This document shows positions 39,645 to 53,400 of a DNA stretch of 64,000 bases, piece after piece. The stretch is from contig CAVVUS010000040.1 in assembly GCA_963751345.1 (NCBI GenBank), positions 1-64,000 of the forward strand. Reading direction: 5' to 3'. The DNA is from an uncultured Chloroflexia bacterium (GTDB lineage Bacteria > Chloroflexota > Anaerolineae > B4-G1 > SLSP01). The notes below the pieces were generated by a model. That model searched no databases. It saw only the letters and a list, made by a program, of their open reading frames with translations, and had not been told where the DNA came from. The stretch's first letter is position 1. Each line of letters starts with the position of its first letter. A program made the translations under genes and the position numbers.

Positions 39645-39995
39645 CTACCAGTCCCGGCGACCGCCGCCGCCACCACCACCGCCACCGCCGCTACCGCGAC
39701 GCTGGCCACGGCCACCACCACCGCCGCCACCGCCACCCCCACGGCCGCCCTGCTGTCGTGGCTGAGCTTCGTTGACTCGCAGGTTACGACCGTCGTGCTC
39801 CTTCTGATCCAGAGCCTCTATCGCGGCCGCACCTTCTTGCGCGTTGGGCATCTCTACAAAGGCGAACCCGCGGGAACGCCCCGTATCCCGATCCGTGATG
39901 ACGTTCACTTCAGCGACTTCGCCATAGGCCTCAAATAGCTCGCGCAGTTCGTCCTCGTTTGCCTGATACGACAGATTACCGACATAGATCCTCAT
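39645..39995 (-). CDS. RRM RNA-binding protein with glycine-rich tail
   Basis: RNP2 IYVGNL, RNP1 [14 protein letters not shown], poly-Gly C-terminus. Confidence 0.93.
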   Translation of the reverse strand: MRIYVGNLSYQANEDELRELFEAYGEVAEVNVITDRDTGRSRGFAFVEMPNAQEGAAAIEALDQKEHDGRNLRVNEAQPRQQGGRGGGGGGGGGGRGQRRGSGGGGGGGGGGRRDW

Positions 39996-40244
39996 CTCTC
40001 ACCGCGTCCTTTCAGACTTCAGAAATACTGTAGCCGCGACCGTCACAACTTACGGCTCACCTTCTATTGTACACGTAGATTCAGTTTCTGCAACTCGGAA
40101 TAACCAACGGGCCCAATGCTCACTCTACCGACGCTTGACTGGGTGGCAAGCCGAAGGCCAGAGGCCGGCCGACAGTCGACAGTCGAGGCGCCTTGGCTTC
40201 TGCCCATCATGAGGTAGAATCATAACCCCGTGAGGAGGTGATCC

Positions 40245-41871
40245 GTGACAACCAAATACATATTCGTCACCGGCGGCGTGGTCAGTTCTCTCGGGAAAGG
40301 CATCACTGCTGCATCATTGGGACACGTCTTGAAAGCTCGTGGCCTGAACGTCTCAATTCAGAAGCTCGACCCCTATCTGAACGTCGACCCCGGCACGATG
40401 GCGCCTTACCAGCACGGTGAGGTCTTCGTGACCGAAGATGGAGCTGAGACCGATCTCGATCTGGGACACTACGAGCGGTTCATAGATGAAAACCTGGGCA
40501 AGCTGAATAACGTAACCACCGGCCAGGTTTACAACGAGGTGATCACGCGCGAGCGCAGAGGCGACTTCCTGGGCGGCACAATCCAGGTCGTCCCCCACGT
40601 CACAAACGAGATCAAGCGCCGCATCATCCGCGCGGCGCAGGAGCTGAAGGCGACGGTTGCCATCACCGAGATCGGCGGGACCGTCGGCGATATCGAGGGA
40701 CAGCCCTTCCTGGAGTCGATCCGGCAGATGCGCAACGATGTGGGACGCGAGAACGTGCTCTACATCCACATCACGCTCGTGCCCTATCTCAGCGCAAGCG
40801 GCGAGTTGAAGACCAAGCCAACGCAGCATAGCGTGCGCGAGCTTCGCGGCATGGGCATCCAGCCGGACGTCATTGGCCTTCGATCGGACCTCCCGATCGA
40901 CCGGGAGACACGGGAGAAAGTCGCGCTCTTCTGCGACGTTGACAGCGAGGCCGTCATTCCACTCCTCACGGCGCGCAGTATCTATGAAGTCCCACTGATG
41001 CTCGAAGAACGAGGGTATGGGCGATCTCGTCGTCCGACGGCTCGGCCTTACGCAGATGATACAACCGCCACTTCTCGACGAATGGTCAGCAGCCATAGCC
41101 AAACTCAAGGCCGAGCAGCCCAAAGTACGGATCGCGCTAGTGGGTAAGTACGTTGAGCTCCACGACGCCTACATGAGCGTGCGCGAGGCCCTGATTCACG
41201 CCGGTCTGTATCACGACTACGAGATCGATATCGACTGGGTGCACAGCGAGGATCTGGAGCGAGGCAAGAGCCAGGATCGCTTGCTCCAGGCTGACGGCAT
41301 TGTGGTGCCCGGCGGGTTCGGCTACCGGGGCATTGAGGGCAAAATCGTGGCCGCCAGGATTGCGCGGGAGAACCGGATCCCTTACCTGGGGCTCTGCCTC
41401 GGCATGCAGGTTATGTGCATCGAGCTGGCTCGCCATACCCTCAACAGCGACGTGCCGAACAGCACCGAATTCGAGCCAAAGACCGCCCATCCCATCATCT
41501 CCCTGATGCCGGACCAACACGCCATCGCCGACATGGGCGGCACAATGCGCCTGGGCAGCTACCCTTGCCAACTCACACCCGGCACGAAAGCACGGGCAGC
41601 CTACGGCACGGATGAGGTCTTGGAGCGCCACAGACATCGCTTCGAGTTCAATAACGCTTACCGCGACCTACTCCACGAGGCAGGGCTAGACTACAGCGGC
41701 CTATCGCCGGACGGCAGGTTGGTCGAGATCTCAGAGATGAGGGATCACCCGTGGATGGTCGGTAGCCAGTTTCATCCCGAGTTCAAGTCGCGGCTGCAAC
41801 GCCCCCATCCGCTCTTCAGGGATTTCGTGGAGGCGGCGATCGAGCGAAAGAAGGAGAAAGAGGGGGCCTAG
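40245..41871 (+). CDS. pyrG: CTP synthase, frameshift near 41015
   Basis: [36 protein letters not shown], then [38 protein letters not shown]. Confidence 0.95.
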
Positions 41872-41889
41872 CGGCCGTCGTTCGCTTCC

Positions 41890-41922
41890 CAGCCTCCCTC
41901 CCCCGGCGGGGGAGGGAGGCTG
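41890..41922. terminator. GC-rich hairpin between convergent genes
   Basis: Perfect 15-bp stem CAGCCTCCCTCCCCC / GGGGGAGGGAGGCTG with 3-nt loop; no U-tract. Confidence 0.55.
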
Positions 41923-41931
41923 CATCCCGAG

Positions 41932-42843
41932 CTATTCCGCTAAGCGTACCTCGTACTTCTTCGCCATGAAGTCCGGGTAATAGGACTCCTTCGCGCGACG
42001 AAGGCCGGGCTCCCCGAGGTCCTGCTCCATGCCGATGTGGGTGGCCTCGCCCTGCCATCGCTCGGCGTAGGACTTGGTCATCATCGGGTAGATCCCCTTG
42101 AACTCAGGGTTAGCCTTTTCCACATGCATCACGGCCGTGCTCTCGTTCAGGAGCTCGCCCAGCGCGATGGCCTGGACCTGGCCCTGGACGAGGAGTGCGC
42201 CGCCATCCATCCCGAGGGCGTCGTAGTTGTTCATGACATCCAAGATGCCCGCGAACTCGTGCTGGAGGCTCAGGTCGTCCTCGCACAGCCGCTGCTCGCA
42301 CCAGACCTCGGCCAGGGCGATGCACTGCGGGACGAGGTCGGCCGTGATAGGCTGGTATTCAAACCGGTAGTAGCGCATGAACTGGTTGATGTGATTACGC
42401 TTAGCGCTGTACTTCCGGCCAGGGAACTCCGCAAGGTCCTCGGTCCGGTAGACGTAATCGAAGTGGTCGCGCGTCTCGGTCGTCGTGAACCGCTCGTCGC
42501 CATCCACCTCGTCGGCCAGCCGCTGTCCGGCCCGGGCAATCACCGGCGCCTCGACACCCCGCTCGTTCCTCATCCACCGGAGAAAGCGCTCTGCCACATC
42601 AGCTCGCGGCGCAGACCCGATAGGCGGGTATCCGAAGACACTGCCTTCCCGCTCATTGGCCACCAGGAGCACAAGATCGTCGCAGATCGACCATTCGTAC
42701 CGGTAATGGGATCGCCAGAGATAGAAATTATTGAACGTCAACTCCGAGGTCACGGTCTGGAACTGCCAGATCCTCGGATGCAGCACCTCGCGGTCCTCAA
42801 GACCGAGGCGCTTGAACTCGGGAAAGATTGGAACGTCGCCCAT
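41932..42843 (-). CDS. stand-alone DUF2156 (MprF synthase-like, aminoacyl-tRNA-dependent transferase) domain protein
   Basis: SELTF.N.YLW, DYVYRTEDL..FPGRKY..KRNHIN.F, HVEKA....GIY, EQDLG.PGLRRAK.SYYP. Confidence 0.8.
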   Translation of the reverse strand: MGDVPIFPEFKRLGLEDREVLHPRIWQFQTVTSELTFNNFYLWRSHYRYEWSICDDLVLLVANEREGSVFGYPPIGSAPRADVAERFLRWMRNERGVEAPVIARAGQRLADEVDGDERFTTTETRDHFDYVYRTEDLAEFPGRKYSAKRNHINQFMRYYRFEYQPITADLVPQCIALAEVWCEQRLCEDDLSLQHEFAGILDVMNNYDALGMDGGALLVQGQVQAIALGELLNESTAVMHVEKANPEFKGIYPMMTKSYAERWQGEATHIGMEQDLGEPGLRRAKESYYPDFMAKKYEVRLAE

Positions 42844-42861
42844 CTATAGGCCTCCTCGCGA

Positions 42862-43503
42862 CTAGACACGGCGCTGCGCGTGGGCTTGCAGCCACGCCAG
42901 CAGCCGCTCGTAACTCGTAATCTCCAGGTCGGCAGGCGTCTCGTGTGAGTCGGTGCCGTAGAAACAGGTCATGACGCCGGCGCGCACACCGGCAGCGATA
43001 TCCAAGTCTCGATCCCCGATTGCCAGGCACTGCAACGGCGTCAGCCCGTGACGGTCCAGGAGCGCCAGGATTGAGGCGGGGTCGGGCTTCCGCGGGAACG
43101 GGTCGTCCTCGGTGATGCAATCCGCGAAGAGCTCCGTGAGCTCGTGGGCCACCAGGAGGCCCTCCAACGACGCCCGCGCCCGGTGTGTCACCACGTAGTT
43201 GGCCCCGCCCACCGCTACGACGTAGGCGCACACCTGCCGGACGAAGGGAAACGGCGGCTGGAGCTCAGGTTCAGTCTCCTCGTACGCTTTCTCGAATCTC
43301 GACGTTACCTCGCCGGCGTCAAGCCCGTAGGTCGCGGCCACGGTCCGCAGCGCGTAGGCCGTCGTCTGCCGGAAGAGCCCCATCAGCCAGTCCGAGGGCG
43401 CGGGATGGCCGAGCGAGGCCAGCGCACGTCCACACGCCGCCACAACCGCCGGATACGTATCGAAGAGCGTCCCACCTGCATCCCAGATCAGGTGGGTGAT
43501 CAA
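42862..43503 (-). CDS. HAD-IA family hydrolase
   Basis: WDAGGTLFDTY (motif I, second Asp replaced by Gly), VTHR, RKPDP, IGDRDLD. Confidence 0.8.
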   Translation of the reverse strand: MITHLIWDAGGTLFDTYPAVVAACGRALASLGHPAPSDWLMGLFRQTTAYALRTVAATYGLDAGEVTSRFEKAYEETEPELQPPFPFVRQVCAYVVAVGGANYVVTHRARASLEGLLVAHELTELFADCITEDDPFPRKPDPASILALLDRHGLTPLQCLAIGDRDLDIAAGVRAGVMTCFYGTDSHETPADLEITSYERLLAWLQAHAQRRV

Positions 43504-44260
43504 GGCACGTCCGAGACCAGCAAACCCGGCTCGCCGAGCGGCTTCTGGGCCACCACGGTGCCATCGGCCCGGACGACGAAGGCGCCGCCAAACGACCCAT
43601 CATCCGGCAGATCCCGGCCATCAGCCAGGTAATTGACCATCAACGCCGGTGCTTCGACCGCCCTGACCCGCGCCGCGTAGGCGGGCATTTCCTCGGCATC
43701 CCACCGCGCCTGGCTCACCCCTCCACCCGCGAAAGAGCGTGCGAAAGGGAAGATCAGCCAGTCCGGCGCCAGCGCCCGTACTTGCACGAGCACGGCGTCG
43801 TCAAAGAGATCACCGCAGATCAGGAGGGCCACCGTACCCCATGGCGTGGCAACAGCGTCGACCCTCTCGCCCTGGCGATAGACATCGGGCAACGCGGCTG
43901 GGCCGTGCCATTGCGGGTTGATCCGTCGGTAAGTGAGCCGTAGCTCGCCGTCGGCGTCGATCAAGACCGCCGAGTCGTAGAGGCCACCTCCGGCGCGCTC
44001 CAGCAGCCCAAAAGCGCGTCCACACACCAAGCGCCTTCGAGAGCGCGCCGACCACGTCGGTCGCGGCACCGGGAATCGCCCGGCCCAGCGAGAGGTCGTG
44101 CACGGGATCGTCGGTGTTGCTCAATCCCGTAAGCACAGCCTCCGGAAACACGACCAGCTCTGCGCCCCGATCCGCAGCCTCTCGCAGCAGACCGACCATG
44201 GAGGCCAGGTTCGCCAGCCGGGTCCGCGCCGACGCGAACCACGCCAAGCGCGACCCTCAC
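43500..44260 (-). CDS. carbon-nitrogen hydrolase (nitrilase) family protein, frameshifted
   Basis: LVVFPEA.LTG, YDSAVLID..G, YRRI, LICGD across ORF pieces; GTG start at 44260 directly after the glyQS stop. Confidence 0.75.
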
Positions 44261-44262
44261 GC

Positions 44263-47282
<3,020 letters not shown>

Positions 47283-47299
47283 TTACCAGTCCTCTGTCG

Positions 47300-48094
47300 T
47301 TACGATTGTGACCTTTGCACCAGCATCCGTAGGCTCCCGGGACGGTACTCCAGATGATGCGTAATGTAGTGTTGCATCACGCTGGCCAACTCTGCAGCAG
47401 CGCCTTCGGGAAACGGGAACTGCTTGACCTCTTCATAGGTTCGCCGCTGCAGGGCTTGCAGCCACGATAGCGCGCTCGGCGAAAGCTGCCTAACGCCGGG
47501 CTCCTGACGGCTCGCCTTGAAACAAGACGCGCAGAGAGCTCCACCCCGCTCGGGATCGATGCCGTAAGGATTCCGGTCCGTGGGACGGGGTCGCAGCTCC
47601 TGAGCGCACAGTTCAGCGTCTCCGTCGCCAACGCAAACGTGCCACTCAGGCCGAAACCCCGCCAGCGTCAACACTCGCTGCTCATACCACCGCACCAGCA
47701 GTTCCGGTGTCTCGTCTCGCTCCAGCGCCGACAGCGTCCAATCGAGCAGCTCGTAGAGCCGCTCGTCAGCCTCACGCTCGAAGAAACGCACGACCAACTC
47801 CCCCACGTAACGAGCAAGTGTGCCGCGCTCGAAGTCATCCTGTAGGGCCGGGCGTAGGACTTCCGCCTCGGCCTGGCTGATGATGTCCCAGGAGTTCTGC
47901 ACGCGCGAGACAAGCATCTTTGTCCGCGCGAAAAGCTCCAGATGACCGGCTTTGCGCGACCGCGGCTTGCGCGTCCCCTTGGCGAGGAGATCGACACGCC
48001 CCTCAGGCGTCAGGCAGACGATCACGCGGTCGGCCTCTCCGTAATCTCGCCGACCGAGCACAATCCCCACAACCTGGTAGAGTCTCGAACGCAC
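47300..48094 (-). CDS. recO: DNA repair protein RecO
   Basis: GIVLGRRDYGEADR, AKGTRKPRSRKAGHLELF, Zn-finger CV..C / GGALCASC; upstream of glyQS. Confidence 0.9.
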   Translation of the reverse strand: MRSRLYQVVGIVLGRRDYGEADRVIVCLTPEGRVDLLAKGTRKPRSRKAGHLELFARTKMLVSRVQNSWDIISQAEAEVLRPALQDDFERGTLARYVGELVVRFFEREADERLYELLDWTLSALERDETPELLVRWYEQRVLTLAGFRPEWHVCVGDGDAELCAQELRPRPTDRNPYGIDPERGGALCASCFKASRQEPGVRQLSPSALSWLQALQRRTYEEVKQFPFPEGAAAELASVMQHYITHHLEYRPGSLRMLVQRSQS

Positions 48095-48147
48095 CGTTTC
48101 CCCAATCTGTGTTGACGCCACGCTTGCTCGTCCACACAATGTCCTCG

Positions 48148-48156
48148 ATTATACCA
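48148..48156 (-). promoter_or_regulatory. extended -10 promoter of recO-glyQS
   Basis: Minus strand TGG-TATAAT. Confidence 0.6.
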
Positions 48157-48262
48157 CGGCGAGCCAGCTCAGGCCCTGGCTATGCTGAGAGGCGGGGGCA
48201 GGCTCGTCGATCCAGGTACAGGTTTGCCGCCCCAGGTGTCCGGCAGCCAGAGGTCTCAACGT

Positions 48263-48775
48263 TCAGACGTCTCTCATCTCCCGACGCCCAACCCTTGACA
48301 ATGCCTTCCTCAGGGCGTTGACCGACTCAGGCTCCGCCCAATCGGTCAGGCTTAGGCGATGACCCTCGGAATCGGTAGCCCACAGGCGGGCGAGCGGATA
48401 GACGTCGGGCGGCGTGTCCTCAAATCCCTCCGTCTCGACATCAAACGCGGCGACATCATCCAGAGCCAGGGTCCAGGCACTTCGTTCGCCGACCAACAGC
48501 CACGCCCTGGACCGCTGCACCTCGCCGCCGTCCGGAAGCCGTTCCAGCGATCCCCGATCGACCAGCGGTATCGTCACGGCCAGTATGCTCGCGATGACAA
48601 CTCCTAGCACCACCAGTCCCACGGTGACCGGCCACCGCGCCGGGCTCGGTGAAGGCAGGACCAGCCCAACCAGACATAGGATGCCGATGAGCACGCCAAT
48701 CAGGATCTTTACAAGCGGGTTCCTCCTCTGCCAGGTGACCCGACTATGGCTCTCCTCGGTAATATCGATGTGCAT
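48263..48775 (-). CDS. hypothetical membrane protein (two TM helices)
   Basis: Two hydrophobic segments; GGAG SD upstream. Confidence 0.65.
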   Translation of the reverse strand: MHIDITEESHSRVTWQRRNPLVKILIGVLIGILCLVGLVLPSPSPARWPVTVGLVVLGVVIASILAVTIPLVDRGSLERLPDGGEVQRSRAWLLVGERSAWTLALDDVAAFDVETEGFEDTPPDVYPLARLWATDSEGHRLSLTDWAEPESVNALRKALSRVGRREMRDV

Positions 48776-48860
48776 TCACAACTCCAATGGTGCTCAAACT
48801 CAGCAGTGTAGTATACCGCACCTCACTTGATCAGCAACGCAGTCAGCATATAATAGAGGT

Positions 48861-51367
<2,507 letters not shown>

Positions 51368-51569
51368 ATCACCGGCCCTACGGATCCTTCTGAGGCCCGG
51401 GTGTCGGGATCCCACCGGCCTGGCTGGGTTCGCCATCCCTCGCCCTCTCTGGGTCTGTGATGACCGATTCATCAGGTCTGGACACCCGCTACCCTAACGC
51501 GTGGATCACGCTATCATATGCCCTGGGTCTGGCGGGCCAAGATCGTGGACACGAATGCGAGGAAGTGAC

Positions 51570-52091
51570 ATGAGCCTTTTCACAGGTACAGTAGGTAGGG
51601 GACCCCTTATTCAGCGCCATCGCGGGTATGTCGCCAATGATCTACAGTGGATCGAGGGCAGTCTGGAGACGCTGGGGAATCCCCACGACTACATCAATCA
51701 GGACGGACTGGACGTGTTCACACTGGATGATGCACGGATCTCGCCCTGGTCCTTCACCGGTCTACCGAACAGCCGTTCGGCGCAGATCATCGTGCGGCGG
51801 GAGAGCACCCAGTTTCTCATCTTCACCGATGAAGAGACGGTGACGCAGTTTCGCGAGCCTCCTCGCACGGAGACCCTGATCTTGAACTCGCCGCTCGCCA
51901 TCCTGCGGGGTCGCTTGCCGTTCCTCAGCGACGCCGGAGTCGCGAACTTCATGGATTTCTGGAAGGGCGACTTCGTACCGGTCATGGAGGTCCAGATTCA
52001 CTACCTGGCACCCAGCGCAGCCGATATGCCGCCGCGCGCCCGTCTGCTCTACATCAACAGAAGAGCGATCCAGAGCTACGTCGCTGTCTAG
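51570..52091 (+). CDS. hypothetical protein
   Basis: ORF with GAGG SD and typical codon usage, between ligA and the Cys-rich gene. Confidence 0.6.
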   Translation: MSLFTGTVGRGPLIQRHRGYVANDLQWIEGSLETLGNPHDYINQDGLDVFTLDDARISPWSFTGLPNSRSAQIIVRRESTQFLIFTDEETVTQFREPPRTETLILNSPLAILRGRLPFLSDAGVANFMDFWKGDFVPVMEVQIHYLAPSAADMPPRARLLYINRRAIQSYVAV

Positions 52092-52097
52092 GCCATA

Positions 52098-52472
52098 GTG
52101 AGAACGGCAGATGGGCGCGAGTGCCCCTACTACTACGCGGATGCGCACCGCATGGCCAGGCTCCGTGAGGTCTGTCACCTCCTTGACGGGACCACGGACA
52201 GCGCGCAATGGACCTCGCGGCTCTGCGCGTCGTGCCCCACCCCGGACATAGCGAAGGCAAACCGGTGCGAGACAATGGTGCTGCACGCCCGAATCGGCAG
52301 GCCCCAATGGCGGTTCTGGGCTCGGCAGCGGATGATGGTTACGGCCACCTGCACCAGGAGCGGCGGGCCGGTCCGGGACCCTATGGTCGGATGCGGCCTC
52401 TGTCACCCGCCCCTGGAGTTCGTCGTCCCTCCCGATTCCGATACCCCAGAAGCAAAGGAGAGAGAAGCATGA
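52098..52472 (+). CDS. small Cys-rich hypothetical protein (putative metal-binding)
   Basis: Eight Cys including CASC and CGLC; ATGA overlap with mtnP. Confidence 0.7.
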   Translation: MRTADGRECPYYYADAHRMARLREVCHLLDGTTDSAQWTSRLCASCPTPDIAKANRCETMVLHARIGRPQWRFWARQRMMVTATCTRSGGPVRDPMVGCGLCHPPLEFVVPPDSDTPEAKEREA

Positions 52473-53344
52473 TGGAGAAAGTCGCGGTTGGCGTCATCGG
52501 TGGCTCCGGGCTCTACCAGATGGACGGGCTGGAGAACATCCGAACCGTCGAGATCGATACCCCCTACGGCAATCCCAGCGATGCCATCGTGATCGGTGAG
52601 ATCGAGGGTGTCGCGGCGGCATTTCTGCCGCGGCACGGGCGCGGCCACATCCTTACGCCGACAGAGGTACCGTACCAGGCAAACATCCACGCTCTCAAGC
52701 AGCTAGGGGCGAGCCGAATCGTCAGTGTGTCCGCATGTGGTTCTCTTCGCGAGCACCTGGCGCCCGGCGACATCGTGATACCTGACCAGATATTCGACTT
52801 CACTAAGCTGCGCAAGAGCACCTTCTTTGGTGACGGGCTCGTCGCCCATGTCTCGGTCGCTGACCCCTTCTGCTCGCAGCTCTCCGAGGCACTCGCGGTG
52901 GCAGTTGAGGCTTCTGGCGGTCCGGTACACCGGGGCGGGACCTACATCACCATCGAGGGGCCACGCTTCAGCACCAAGGCCGAGAGCCGTGTGTTCCGTG
53001 CGTGGGGGATGGATGTCATTGGTATGACGGCCAGTCCCGAGATCTTCCTCGCCAGGGAGGCCGGGATGTGCTACACGACGATGGCGCATGTGACCGACTA
53101 CGACGTCTGGCACGAGTCCGAAGATCCTGTTACCGTCGAGATGGTCATCCGCCAACTCAACGCCAACGTGCATCTCGCGCAGGACGCTATCCGCAGGCTC
53201 ATCCCGCAACTGGCAGGCACGACCTTCACCTGTGAGTGCGGAGGTGCGCTGGCTACGGCTCTGATCACCGACCGAAGCCGGATTCCCGATGCGACCAGGC
53301 GCAAGGTCTCCCTCCTGACCGGCTCCTCTCTGAGCGAGGCCTGA
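52469..53344 (+). CDS. mtnP: S-methyl-5'-thioadenosine phosphorylase
   Basis: IGGSGLY, TPYGNPSD, FLPRHG.GH, SACGSL, EGPRFSTKAES, GMT..PE..LAREA, VTDYDVW. Confidence 0.92.
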   Translation: MMEKVAVGVIGGSGLYQMDGLENIRTVEIDTPYGNPSDAIVIGEIEGVAAAFLPRHGRGHILTPTEVPYQANIHALKQLGASRIVSVSACGSLREHLAPGDIVIPDQIFDFTKLRKSTFFGDGLVAHVSVADPFCSQLSEALAVAVEASGGPVHRGGTYITIEGPRFSTKAESRVFRAWGMDVIGMTASPEIFLAREAGMCYTTMAHVTDYDVWHESEDPVTVEMVIRQLNANVHLAQDAIRRLIPQLAGTTFTCECGGALATALITDRSRIPDATRRKVSLLTGSSLSEA

Positions 53345-53400
53345 CCGACCTCCAAAGCATGGGCACGCGACCGATCTCTCGCCGGAGCGTCTGGCACATC

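Noticed and set aside
39655-39750. CCG/CCA tandem repeats
   Set aside because: They simply encode the poly-Gly tail of the RRM protein.
40140-40206. Imperfect long hairpin with tandem CGACAGT between the RRM and pyrG promoters as an ncRNA
   Set aside because: It has no recognisable RNA family features and no matching -10 or terminator; support is too weak.
40245-41871. Naturally split CTP synthase (synthase and glutaminase genes)
   Set aside because: Removing one base near 41010 restores a continuous canonical PyrG, consistent with the other indels.
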